A stretch of 64,000 nucleotides of DNA from Zygnema circumcarinatum SAG 698-1b (GCA_037447605.1 CM074804.1:6735909-6799908), one strand, 5' to 3'; shown: positions 1 through 12,999, counted from the first letter of the stretch. Notes: generated by a model from the letters alone, not told the origin. Numbers and translations are program-made.

Positions 1-86
1 CATATTGCATACATCAAACAGTACATATGTAAAACACTTCAAGAAAAATCGAAACGATTCTAGGAACTTGGAAAAGATTACGAGTT

Positions 87-3000
87 TCATTGACAAAAAA
101 ATTGCAGCATCATCTGAGCGAAGCACAAGCAATTGCCCAGCATTCCATTCGCAAGAGAATGGTCAGGCAACGTAAACACTTACCAGGCGTGAATCTGTAA
201 ATTTTGATGCCATGCCCGCTTCTTCAGGCTCTCGATCGTTATCATCCTCCCGAATACGCCCCCGCTCCTTCTGGGAAACACGCCTGTTCTCAGATGGCTG
301 AAAACCAAGCCAACAAACAGACCCAAATCATCAAACAGGATCCATGCATCACCGTCGAATACAAAATCAACCAAAGAGTCTAGCGAAGGGAATACCAAAT
401 GCAGATGACAAAAGGACTACTGTATCTGGTGCTTTCACTTCTGTTGAAAAAAAAAAAGAGGCATCCAAGAAAATATAAGGAGAAAAATGACTTACGCAAT
501 AAATAAATACCACCAATGTAATGCATCCAAAACATGCATAGAGGCTACCTCCTACAAACATTGCAAGATTACCTCTTAGAACGTGAATCAAATTGAAAAC
601 ACAATGATTGCAACAGCATGGCCAATGACCAGGTAAGGACTGGCAACTTACCGGTGGCTGATGAGGCTCCACCAATCGCATGTGCACATCACTCGTGGAA
701 AACATCACGCCTTTCTTGGCTTCAGAATATGCAGTCTCAGCGTCCTTCCGGTTCTTGAACGTCACCTGCTCAAGATTCAAGACTCAAGATTCATTCACCT
801 TCTTATGCCGCATAAACAAGTCTGCGTCAATGCTCCAACAGGATGACGCTCTGTACCCGTCTGCAATTCTCAAACTTTGTACACTGATGATGCTGAAAAA
901 GCTCAACTGATTACACAAAGGTGCCACTCTATCATCCATCATCCATCATCCAAAGTTGAAGGCAGGGAGAACTTTCCAAAACTGTTTTGAGCACATACCA
1001 ATGCAAATCTTGTCGATCTGTTTATTCGAAGTGTTTGCAGAATTCCAAACCGTGTAAACTTTGCACGAAGTTGCGCTTCAGAAGGCATGGGTACGTTCTC
1101 CAAAAATCTCATTTGCAAAAGTCTCAAATCCTATCGCACAGGAAGCCATAAACACGATGTCCAAAATCGTCAGGTGTAGAAATACGCTAACAAAGCACAG
1201 CAAAATGTAGGATGCATGCAAAGCCCGCAACAAGGTCGTGCCATGGGCATACAGATGGTCAACAAAAAACACACACGAAACTTACTGGAGTGGGCATCTT
1301 TGGAACAGAGCGTGGTGGAGGAGTCCCAGGGGATCGGCCTCCCTGCGCTCCTGTTCTCATGTTGCTGCCAAGTTTCTTGTTACTATCTGCACCATCCCAC
1401 GTAACATCCATGTCGTAAATAAAACATTATTCCAAAATCATGCCTTTGACAATGTTTGACCTAGCCCAAGCACAATTGACAGATTGATTTGAGGTTTGCA
1501 TGACCGTGACAAACACTTCAAAACGTGTTCAAAAGGTTCCTTAAATATAAACAGTGACTCCCAAACTGAACCGTTTGGTCTGCAGTGTCAACCAGACCTT
1601 AATGAATACCAAAACCTTCCAGCACACCGTCTCTTCTATTCAAAACAAGTTACAACTAACACTACTCAAAGATGCACTCAGGACCTCCGCACGATTATTC
1701 AGAATAAAGGCATGGCCTTCTCTAAACAGCGAACAGTAAGATTTCCATGTTGGCCCGTACCAGAACGCCTATCTTGGGCCTTGTCATCTCTGCCATTCTC
1801 TTTGTCTTTCAGCACTGTCCTGGGCAGCCTCAACGTAGTTTCCCGGTGTTCAATCTGTGACTTGTTTGCTGCAGGCGAATCCGATGATCTTCCCTTTTCC
1901 TTAACTGGAATGCTCCCCTTGCGTGCATCCCCGACCTCCAATTCTTTCGGATCGAAACTACCGTTTACAATCTCTGGTTTGCTCGTCACTTTCTCTCGTT
2001 TCTTTGCCTTTCCCTTTTCATCACGTCTAATCAACTCCTTTTCTCCACTTTTCACTTTTCTCCGCTTTATGCGGCTATCTCCCTCTTCCTCGTCTGAATT
2101 CAACTCCGTCATATTTACACCTTCGCCTCTCCCTTGATTCTTCGCAAATACTTCCAGTCCTTCGCCCCATTCCTCTGATGATTCAGTCTCTTTCTTCTTC
2201 AGATCATGTCTCCCTTCAAATTCTTCAACCATCGGATCTGCTCCCTCATCCAATTGCCGAGCGGAAACATCATCTTCCAATAATGTAAACTTCACAGATT
2301 TAGACTGAACGGGATCAGTCATACTTGTTGCAGCTGCGGGAATGCAAAGGAACAATGAGAAGGGGTCAGCTGTAAAGTATGATCTTTCATTTATCGGAAA
2401 GGTATGAAACTACTTTTGTTTCAACGAAACCTTCCTGCATCACAATGTCGATCAATTCACATGTTTCTTTTGCTGGATCATGGCATTGGCGGATCGAATA
2501 AATTAGGAAAGATGGATCCACTTGGGCGATGGTACATCTGAGAATGGATAACTGATGGCAAATCACAAAGCTTCAGGCGCATAGTGAGCTAGCAAATCAC
2601 AGTTCAAGCTGCCCATCCACTTGCTAAACTGCGCACACCAGACCCAACAGATCTTAACAAAAAAACACAAAAAATCATAGAAACAATCGATATGTTGAGC
2701 TATAAGAAATGGCCAGGAGCTAAGTTCCGCAATTATCAATAGCAATAAAATGTGGGAGCAAATGTGAAGATTATGTGGAAAAATGCATTCCATTCAAGCT
2801 TACCACCACTGGCACCTTTCGCATAAACTGCCCGACGAAACTGCAAGATCTTCAATCGCATTTGAAGTGTTTTCTGTTCATCGTCCTCCCTGCATTCCAG
2901 GAACAGAATGCAAGCTTCCCATTTATTACTCCATTTATTATATAACACACGGCCATCACTAGATCTACACGCATGGTGAAAATGTGCATTTTTTGAAAAA

Positions 3001-6000
3001 TAGCGATCTGCAATTTGTTGCATTCCATCAACATGCCAAGAGATTCGCTTACCAAGACCTGGAGGACTTCGCAAGGTCAAGCAGTTTGTTATGAAGAGCT
3101 TTCAGACTCTCCATCTCCATCACCGTTGGTGGTCCTCTGGCAATTTCCAGCAGATTACTCTCCCCCCCCATCACCATTTCCTGTTTGCCAAATTGTTCAC
3201 CAGCTTCATCCAAATGGCCGCTGACTACAGGGTCGTCGGCCTCACTACCTTCTTTAGGCGGTGCTGAATCCTCAAGTTTCGGATTCTCCTCCATGGAATC
3301 AGTGAAATGTAACACTCCCTGTGGAGTGGCAGCCTCTGGTGTGGCAAAAAGAGCATCAAGATCCGGTGATAACTTTTCCACTTCCGCCTTTCCCCCTCTT
3401 TGCTGTACTGAGCTGGAATCATGAAGAGCTTTGGTTCTTAACTCCGCCCTTCCACCAAATACAACAGATGCCGGTCGTTTCCGCTTGACAAGCTCATCGG
3501 ATTCTGAGCTGTCCCTCCGCCTCTTCCCCGTCGTTTTCCGTATTTCTGTCTGCTGGTCTTCAGAAGGTTGTCCTTCTGCAAGTGACTTGAGCTCCAACGG
3601 CTTGCTCTTTTTCAGCTCAGGCTCATCAGATTCACTTAGCGATGTTTTTGGGAGACGATCAGGTATCTTCAGTCCTCTTGAACTTAACTCCTTAGCCTTT
3701 CGCTTTGTAGAAGGTGATCGTTGAACTTTCGAATCTCCTTTGGAAAGTCTCTGTTTTTCTGCATCTTTTATGTTCTTTTTCGTTGCAGGCAGGGCTAGAA
3801 GACATGTTACAGGTTTCACATCGTCACCCTCATCTTCAAGACTTGGAGGTCTACTATTTTCGTCTTTTATCCTGTTTCCTCCACCCAAGCATCATTTTTA
3901 AGATGGGATTTCTCAACACTAACTTTCGAAGGTTCTGTCCTTGTTTTCCTAACCTCAGAGTCATCAATTGCATCCTCGCCTACTCCATCCTCTCCTGGTT
4001 CTTATCTGCACAACAGTCTAGTGGTGGTTCATTTTCCCTCCCTAAATCATCAGCATCCGCACTCAGCACCTCTGCCCTCGTTTTTTTCACGTACCTTCGT
4101 TTTTTGGCAGATTTTATCTTGGCACTTGTGTCTGGAGGCTCTTTGCGCTTACTTCCTGCAACGGATTCGACAGGGCCTGCATTTGATGGGTCATCTTTCC
4201 ATTCATAAACGGATTCCTCAGTTCTACCTCCATCACCACCAGATAGCACTTCCTCGGTTGCATTTTTCTCCACAGCCTCTTTTCGATCGAGCGATTTGGG
4301 GAAAACCTTTTTTGCCTCCAGTTGCCCTTCTCCCATTATTTGATTGGTCACTAGCCCCTTCAATTTCCTCTTACCACCCCCTTCACTCTTCTCCCTCTTC
4401 TTTTTCTCCTTCCCTTCCTTATTCTTGATCGACTTGTGAGACGTTATGCCACCAACCGAAGAGTCTGCCCCAATCTCCTTTTCAAGTTCTTCAGAATGAA
4501 CGTCTACTTCAGGCCATAGAGATGCCCAGTCCATAACCCCTGCAGCCTTCGCAATACCTGCCCGAACACTCAGCAATTCCTGCCTCATGTGGGCTGCCTG
4601 GACGACATTTGACCCCCTGCATCAAGAGAGGAAACGTTGAAATTGTAAACAACGTGTGATTCAGGACTTTGGGATCCAATGTTAACTAGAAACTAGGATG
4701 CTTGCATGGGCAACTACAAGTTCTGACATGTTATTTTGTAGCGGAATAATAGCCAACATCGTATCAACGACACAGTCAACTCGAGCTTCAACTCCAAATT
4801 CCCAAGAGGAACCCCTCCAACCACGACAGGTTTTTAAGGAAAAAGAGCCGATCATTACCAGTCCAATGGAGACCTGGCGGATTGGCGCACATAGTTCAAC
4901 AATTCGTCTGCGAGTAGGCAAGCCAGGTATACATTCCAACACAAACTAATGTCACTCCCTGCTACATATTATGTTATAGAAAACGAATCATCACAATTAG
5001 ATAAAATTCCAACAATGAGAAAGCTGTCTAAAACAGATTTTGAAGTGCATAACTGCTCTCTTGAGAGTCAACTCAATGTCCATACAAAAGAGCGTGCATA
5101 CAGGTTGAGGCAAAAGGACCTCAAGGGATGTAGATGCACAAAGTTTACAATGATATCGCACTTTCTATAACAAAAGGAAACTGTCCGAGGATACAGAAAA
5201 AGCTTCAGAACCAGACAAACGCAAAGATACGCATGCAGAACAGACTGGTTAATGGACTGAACTAGAGCAAAAAATTCAGTATGCTGCCATACAGCAAAGA
5301 AAGACACCAGAGTGAGTTCATCACCAGGATGAGTTCTAGTAAATAAAAACTCACCGGAAGAAAACGCAGAGTCGAACACTTCTGTCAAAAAACACCCAAC
5401 TCTTATGTTAGGATAGTAAAAACATCGAAGGCACAGGTTGAGCATTGAAGGGCAAAAGGGGGCCCCGAAAAGGCATACAAAGCTACAAAAAAAATCAAGT
5501 AAAGGCAAACGAAGAAGAACAGGCGATCGTATCACTTGCTCTAGAAAAGCTCTCACAATGACTCTGTACACAATTTCCTGCAGCAAAACCTTAATGCAAT
5601 AGCGAAGGCCGCTCCTTCAATTTATCGCCTTTTTGCTGCAAATAACATCTCCGAAAGCGGATCATGTAGCCTAACGAAAAGTTTTCTGATAGCAGTGCAA
5701 ACCTGTCGTAACTCGAATGCCTTTTTCTACTTGTTCGTCAAGATACTCGAGGGCATCTGAAACCGCCGTACAGAAAAGTTTCTGACTGGTCTGATGCTCC
5801 TTCTCAGAGAAATGCTCCGCAAAAGGAAGAAGATCTTGAGGTTTCATCCAATTGCTGCATTCCCCATATCAGCAAGAATGTAAACGTAAGCCCCTTGTGA
5901 TCGCCCCAGCGAAAATCACTTAAAGAAAGGTTCTCAGAAAGTCCTAAGGATCCAAAACGATAAGAAAGTCGATGGAGTCACAGCTTACGTCAACTTCTAC

Positions 6001-6511
6001 TTGTGTTCCAGAGGTAGCCAGCAACAACCAGGTAAAAAACAATGAAATCGACTGGAATGAATCTTTCTGTCATGATCGACACGACACAGCTTCATTAAGA
6101 ATATCAAATACATTGACAAGCAGCAACAAGGAAAGTTCGTTCTTGGAATGAAAGTCCCGAACTAAACTCAAACAAACGGCATAATCTCATGTTCGTCAGA
6201 CCTTATGGTCCCTCTGAGGTTCATTAATTAAAACGTAAATGCAAAAAGAGACAGCACACGGGTAAATCCAAGCCCTCGAACTACAGACAGCAGACAGCTC
6301 ATCTTCAGAATAGCCAAACTTACAACGTCTCATCTCCAAAAAACGCGATGAGCAAGTGCTCAGGGCGCTTTGCCTTCTTCGCTTTCGCCGATGCAAAGCT
6401 TGGATCGAAAACGCGTGCAGGCCACCATGGATGGCTTCTCACTTTCGCCCAGACAAGCTCCCCAATGGCCGGCGTCCAGGGACTTGACCCTTCCTCGCTA
6501 CCAAGCTCCAT
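87..6511 (-). CDS. PWWP (Tudor/PWWP/MBT) domain chromatin protein, multi-exon, with conserved C-terminal RRM-like region; 3' end uncertain
   Basis: Exon 6511-6324 reads MELGSEEG..GELVWAKVRSHPWWPARVFDP..LLIAFFGDETF. It splices (GTAAGT) to an exon near 5856-5704 (NWMKPQDLLPFAEHFSEKEHQT..AVSDALE). Long charged low-complexity exons follow at 4616-3984, 3871-3060 and about 2336-1720. C-terminal exons read MPSEAQLRAKFTRFGIL..RFAL / VTFKNRKDAETAYSEAKKGVMF, as in plant PWWP proteins. The last exon and stop (about 87) are tentative. Confidence 0.85.
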
Positions 6512-8140
6512 TGAATCAATCCTCCCAGAGCAACCGCAAACCAGCACCTCCGTGAGGCTGCTCTCCTCTTGCAACAAGCTGCCTCTCCACAGTAAAGAAA
6601 TGAAGCCCAGGGAGTAGGGTCGTCCGACGCCTCCACTCAGCACCCCAGCACTGGTGCTGCTCTAATCGCCTCGCCCTAATCCCAACGGGCTTCCGCGTCC
6701 TCCTCGCGCGGACCCATGGAGCGGGAGACCCCTCCCGACCCCCTCAGGCATTGGCAGTTCTCCGCTACGGAACGGTACTGGATGGGACCTGGCTCGGCGC
6801 TCAACGGGAATACTCGCATGGAACCGGCCGGGGTGAGAGGAGGGCGGATGAAGGATGTCAATGATGTGATGGGACGTGACGTGACGGAAGACAAGGAGGG
6901 GGGGAGCTTGGAGATGATGGCTCATGGCTTGCACTCGAATCGCGGCTTTCTTGTCTATGCGAAGGTGCGAAAAGTGAAGGGCATTGACTTCACGGTGCCG
7001 ACGCTTAAGACTCGAAGCTTTTCTTTAAAGGTGGTGTGGCCTTCATCTCACGTTTTCTTTCGCTTGGTTCGTTTTATTTTATTTAGTCGATGTACGTCTG
7101 GTGGCATCGCCATCTGATATCAGAGCCGATTCAATCCCCTGCGCTGTAATCGAAGGTACATGGACAAAAGCAATATGTCGAACCAATGTGAACGGTTCGT
7201 AATTCACAAATGACCTAAGCGAAAGGAAAGGCTATGAAGGTGCGAACGGTTCGTGTCAATGGTAAAAAATGGTCTCGTTTGAGCGAGACTTCAGAATCAG
7301 GCCGTCAATTGACGAGCGTGCGAAAACATCAAAGTGTGGCAATACAAGTCACGTTAAATGGAGCATGGCAGTAAGGGAATTTCAGAATGCAGCATTCATT
7401 AAAATAACGTGAGTGACCGCGCAGAAAAGTGGTTTGTAAGAAAGCAACAACGGCGACAACATCACAACATTGCTGTTCAACGAGAGAGATGATAATAGCT
7501 TGGAAAGGAAAAGCTTTGGACGAATTTGCAAACTTGTGGAGAAAACAAGCACCAACAACAAGGATAAATATGGACAACGGGTATTTGGGGGGGAGTGAGG
7601 GACCCATCGCGTAGCGACAACCCGGTACACTTCCTTGACGATGCAGGCTAGGTCTTGTAATAGCCATCCAAACCAGTTCACCGCAGGAGAAAGAAGCAAG
7701 TACTTTCCCATTCGCTCCAATCCATCCACTCCCAACAGAAAAACTTTTATAGTACACTGCTTCTCTTGCGTGTTACACCGAATTGGAATTGTCCGAACAC
7801 AGCTGCAATTTTAACAAATCCCAACGACCGAAGCACCAAATCCCTGCTCGCTCGAGTCTTTGTGCTATTAATTTATTCAGACTAATCTTTTCTCTCACAC
7901 CCAAAAGCATTTTTAAATTGTTTGTCAGAGTACCTCACGATATATTGAATAATGACATTTTTGCAGCAGCACTGTCGGAAGGAGGCCAAAAGACCAATAC
8001 GAAGACAACAACACGGCCGCAGACGGAAGCAGGATGAATTTTCAATGAATTCCAAATACCAGGGAAGGCATTCCAACGAAGAGATGGAAATCCCAATCTA
8101 TCTAGAAATGTCACTGTCAACACCAGGTAGTTTAAGGTCG

Positions 8141-11111
8141 CTAAGCAATTTCCTCTACCCAATTGGCAACAACGATTGCCGCCTTCTCCCAGGCCAAGTC
8201 CAGCATAATGTCATGTGCAATGCCACTCACCACCACCTGCGATGCTTCAAAAAATGCGGTCGTCTCTTGGAGGCCCTCTTCGTCCTGCCCGGAGCACCGC
8301 ACACAGGCGAAAATTAGTAGAAAATGGTGTTTAGGGTTTTGTTTCACTCAAGAGGAACAAATAAGGAGAAACGTACAGCCCAAAGCAGGGAAATGTCGCA
8401 CCAAGCTTCAGACGCAAATTAGAGCTCTCCTTGGCCATCCTGAGTTCAATGAAAACCATCACCCACCACTATGAAGTCCTCGGCAGCGCCTAAGACGAGG
8501 ACAGGTGGCGCATGCTGAGGCGGGCGTGCGACTGGCAGAGAAGCGTTCAGCTTTCGCAGATCAAAGAGTGGCACTCTGGAGCTCCCTTTGATGAGTGCTT
8601 GATACCTAATGACAAAGCAAACAATACACATCTTCCCTCAATTTTTTTTTTTTCATCTTTCCCTCAAATTTGAAAATTTTGCAATTTTCAAATTTGCAAA
8701 CACTCGAAGGAAAAAGCAGTGAGTAGGTAAGCTACAGACACAAAAAGAGCAATGTCACCGAAGAGGTTGTCAAGGGGACTTCAGGAGAGCCGGTTCACCT
8801 CTCAACATCCTCATCAGGCATGCTAGGAGAGAAGAACGTTTCTCGGCACAGCCACGTCCATCGCTCGAATCCTTTAGCAGCAAGGCTAAGCGTTACCTAC
8901 ATATTCGCATGCCATCCTGTCAACAATTCAACCCCTTTTTTTTTACGAGTCCTTTTGGTATAAAAAGAAAAGACTGCATATCCAATGGCATATATCGCAT
9001 GCTCACTGTTGCATAAAGCAGACGCAAAGTTAGGAAAGAGCATACACACCTTAATAGAGGCGATCGGTCGTGTCTTAATGTAACGCATGACTAGTCCTCT
9101 GTGTCAGAAAAAAAATACCATGCAAAGTAACCAGCACTCGTACGGTCAAAATGCACCAAGGAGAATATTAGATGTCTAGCATTAATCAGGATATCACATC
9201 AGTAAGGCTGGTCCTGCCATTCACTGATTAGTGAAACCTTTCGTCATTTACTTTTTTCATTCTGGTTTCCGTGAGTGCTACAAAAACCTATTTCCTTTTT
9301 CCAGTCCATTCAGGCAAGATATGCATGATCACTCACGCGTTGCCTGAAGGTGGAACAGAGCAAGCCAGAACTGCACCTGCCAAGCGTGGAAAGAATGGCC
9401 CTGATCCTGCACACAAGGCTAAGAATGAGCTCTCGTGTTTGCAGTCAGAAATTATATCACCACTTAAAGTATATTTTTCAAAAGGCTCCCTGAAAAAAGT
9501 TAGTATCATTTGCAACAAGTTGTGAATTCACATTGATGCTATTAAGTGTTGGCGATTGCCAATGCCAGAATTTGTGAAGGCGTATTGGTTTCATCCGTAC
9601 CATCTCCTTGGCTTGGAGACGATGTCTTCCATTCAGACTCCACTTGTGCGATGTAAGCTTGGATCACGAGCCCTCCGAACGAATGGCCAATGAGGACGGG
9701 AGGACGCCCCAAATTGTACTTTATGAAGTGGCCGATGTCGCTCGCCAATGACTATACGGACACCATAACGGCACCACACAGTTCAACTACGTTTCGTTAA
9801 GTTTATTTCAGTCGACCTGACAGAAGAAACCTGATTAAATAGTCCAGACCACCCAACTCTTGAAGATGTGGAAAATTCGCCAAGTACGGCCCCATTTGTT
9901 TTCACCATAATCGTAGCTTCTGCAGCTTCAAGTCTCACTTTCGAGCTGTAAGAAATTTTATCCCTCTTGAATTCCCTAACACGCCCTAATGTATCCATTC
10001 TCTTCCTATTTGAAAACGGCTGGTTCACCTTATGCCAGAGTGAATTTTGGATTCCAGAATTGTGTGTTTCCAAACAAGAGAACGTTTGACACGACCAAGA
10101 TCAATCTCCAAAAGCTAGACGGCTACTTCCTTTTCTTCACCACTCCATCAACAAAATTATCTGAAACAATTGCTGATTTTCATTGATTAAGACAGGTGGC
10201 TGAATGATCTTGAAACAAAGTTTAGATTGAAGGGTGGCTTGCGAATGCGACTGTTGTTATCTACAAGGACTGCATTTTGCCAAGCAACAAAATGGCTGCT
10301 ACGTGCGTCATTTACCTGAACTGTACCAGCCACTGGTCCGTCTGGAAGGTCGCTTCCGCCCTGCATGCATTGCCCGGCAGGCTAAAAGAAGGTCATTATA
10401 GTTCAATTCGGCATGCAGGAGCTGAAGCTGACCTCTGAATGCATTGGAGAGCGGCTCAAAGTGAGTTTTTAGAAAAGGGACACCATCGGCTCAAGACCCA
10501 GCGCACCTTCCGAAAAAAAATCCTGAGCTCGAATGAACTTTCACCAAAATACGAGCGAGCGACTAGCAGTTCAAGGATGAAGTACAGAAAAAGGCCTAGG
10601 ATCCAGGGCTTGCAAACAAATTTCACTTGTATCGGTGTTGTATGCCCCATACCTGGCCCATGAGGCTGAGTGCATAGCAATCGTAGCCACGGCCAGCAAA
10701 GAATGGCAACCAATGTTCAGCCCAGCACCAAGCAGCATGATAGCTTCCGTGAATGAACACGAGGGGGGGCAGCTCCTTCGCATCCTTTCCTTCCCCCGCT
10801 CCCCTCTGAGAGATAACCTCCAGCCTTAGCCCTGAAGGCAGTTTGTGAAACCGTGTGTCTTGCTCTGTCGTTGTTGCTCCTATGACTTCCCCAGTGAGGG
10901 CAGCGAGCGCCCATAATGCAGAAGCACGAAAATGTCTGGGACACGGGAGCGAGGAGGAGGACTCAAGGAAAAGCTGTTGCTGCCGGCCTAGTGGGAGGAA
11001 GGCGAGCTGCGCCGCTTGGAGACTCCCTGTGGAGGAAGGAGCAGGCCGGCGCGCAGGCGCAATGCGCGCCTGCGGGGGCGCAGGGAGACAGGCGGCAAGC
11101 GCCCCAAGCAT
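8141..11111 (-). CDS. Alpha/beta-hydrolase fold protein with probable plastid transit peptide (about 8 exons)
   Basis: Exon 1 (11111-10653) has an Ala/Ser/Arg-rich leader, then LPSGLRLEVI..PPLVFIHGSYHAAWCWAEHWLPFF. Later exons give the nucleophile elbow GHSFGG (about 9690), CSVPPSGN, PLFDLRKLNASLP, the acid residue in LGAAEDFIV, and the His in IAHDIMLD. Stop TAG at 8143-8141. GT-AG boundaries were found for each exon. Confidence 0.92.
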
Positions 11112-11363
11112 GACTGGCACTGGCGCTGAGGCCGGAGGGAAACGAGATCGCGTGCAAAAGGGCAGCGCCGGCTGCCGAGCGCTAACCTATCCACTCCATG
11201 GCTTCTTCATGGCGTCGCCACCGTGAGATCAATGCCACTTTTGAATCAATGCCACTTTTGATGCAATGGACGTGGCTGCTCAAAATCCTCCTGTCGACCG
11301 AAGTCGCTTTTTTGCCGGAAGCCCATCTCGTCCGGTCGTCGTGCCACACGGAGGAGAAGGGGA

Positions 11364-11475
11364 GATGTGGCATTGATCTCACGATGGCGATGCCATCAAA
11401 TGTACATGGACAAAATCATCATGGGGAACCACGAAGAACTGGCCGCAAAGGACCTGAGCACAAAAGAAAAAGCTA
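11364..11475 (+). repeat. Short dispersed repeat, inverted copy at 33798-33920
   Basis: gatgtggcattgatctcacgatggcga..atggacaaa..ggggaaccacgaagaactggccgcaaaggacctgagcacaaaa aligns to the reverse complement of 33798-33920 at roughly 80% identity (by eye). Confidence 0.8.
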
Positions 11476-12204
11476 GAGGCGTTTTAGAATGGTGGGATTG
11501 GCAGGACATTGTGCTGATTACGGTAGTGGCCCGCCGCGACTACAGGTCGCTGATGGCCTTGTTAGGTCCCCGCGTGCCCTTCTTGACGCGATCGGCCTCT
11601 TCTGCCTCCATCCACACGCACATCTAATAATCTGGCTGGTAGTAGAGGTGGGGGTCTCCGTGAATGTCGGGGCATTATTGCACCAAATTGCTTCGTACTG
11701 AACGAGAACAGAGTTTCTGAGGCGTGTTTTGCGTCTGCGCTGTTTTTTTTTTATGGACATGATGTGAAATATTGTTACATTATTGTCATATTTGCTTCGA
11801 TTGTTTGGCACGGATCAAGGAGTAAACTCAAGATGATCGGGTGCTTGAATGCTGACACACGAGTGTGTGATCTCGCAAGATAGAGCAGAAAAAGGGGAAA
11901 ACGGCACAAGTACAATCCTGAGAGTCATTGATTATGCAGAGACTCCCCACCGACCTTCCACTTCCGCTGCCAAATGCCAGCTCTTTCGCGATTGCAACAA
12001 ATTCTTCGGAGACCTGGCCATCGTGGGTCTAATCTCATAGCTGGTCGCCGTTGAAGCACGAGCCATTCGAATTGAAACGTTTGACCATCCTATCCTTTCC
12101 AGGAAATATACACGGCCTTCAGCCCTGCAAGGTGAACGAGGCTCCAGTGTGAGCACATACTGTGCACGTTCTCCACACCTCACAACAACAAGAGAGACAG
12201 CTCC

Positions 12205-12530
12205 ATGCCTCCATGCCTCCATGCCCCCATGCCCCCTTGCCCCCATGCCTCCATGCCTCCATGCCCCCATGCCTCCATGCCCCCATGTCCCCATGCCCTC
12301 ATGGCCCCATGCCCTCATGCCCCCATGGCTCTATGCCTCCATGCGCCCATGCCCCCACGCCCCCATGCCCCCACGCCCCCATGCCCCCACGCCCCCATGC
12401 CCCCACGCCCCCATGCCCCCACGCCCCCATGCCCCCACGCCCCCATGCCCCCACGCCCCCATGCCCCCACGCCCCCACGCCCCCATGCCCCCACGCCCCC
12501 ATGCCCCCACGCCCCCATGCCTCCATGGCT
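12205..12530. repeat. 8-bp C-rich minisatellite (ATGCCCCC/ACGCCCCC)n, about 40 units
   Basis: Directly visible tandem units. The 5' part is degenerate (ATGCCTCC, ATGTCCCC); the 3' part mostly alternates ATG and ACG variants. It accounts for all PHAP/GAWG ORFs in the track. Confidence 0.95.
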
Positions 12531-12669
12531 CCCAGTCCCATCCCCAGCCTGGTCCTGCACACTCGGCCGAGCTCGTCGCCTTGAGCGCCGCCTCACCCGA
12601 CAACCACCCCCCACCCCCCACCCCCCACCCCCCACCCCGCCCCCGGCCCAGCGCCCCTCCCGTTGCTCC

Positions 12670-12745
12670 GTACGGTACTACGGTACGGCGGGGGTCGTAC
12701 GGTCGAAGTACAGTACAGTACTGTACTGAACCGTAAGTACGGTAC
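12670..12745. promoter_or_regulatory. Dense GTAC cluster (10 copies in 76 bp) upstream of the golgin gene
   Basis: ccGTACgGTACtacgGTAC..cGTAC..aGTACaGTACaGTACtGTAC..aGTACgGTAC. GTAC is the SBP-box binding core; function here is inferred. Confidence 0.4.
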
Positions 12746-12999
12746 GGCAGTTGGAAGCACACACGCGCTTCCCGCCCTCCCTCGACCCTCCGCGCTGCGT
12801 TCCTGCCTGCCTGCCTGCTGTGAGTGCCGCGGCCGCGACCCTGCCTGCCCTCACGGCTTCAGTCAGGCAAGGGCGGAATCTGTCTCCAGCCGCGAGAGGC
12901 CACTCACTTATCACTGCCGTTGGCATGGTGGTCGGACGGGCATAAGCTCGTGGTGGCCTTTGCGCACATCAGTAGCTGGTGCTGGAAGCCGCTGGCACC

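Noticed and set aside
1496-4428. Long plus-strand Ser/Phe/Leu-rich ORFs
   Set aside because: Antisense shadows of the Lys/Glu-rich PWWP exons.
7000-8100. Several ORFs of 60-140 aa between the PWWP and hydrolase genes
   Set aside because: No recognisable motifs, splice pattern or consistent frame; treated as UTR or intergenic.
12149-12762. Pro/His/Ala-rich and Gly/Trp-rich ORFs in all six frames
   Set aside because: They are translations of the 8-bp minisatellite, which has no stop codons in any frame; no independent gene evidence.
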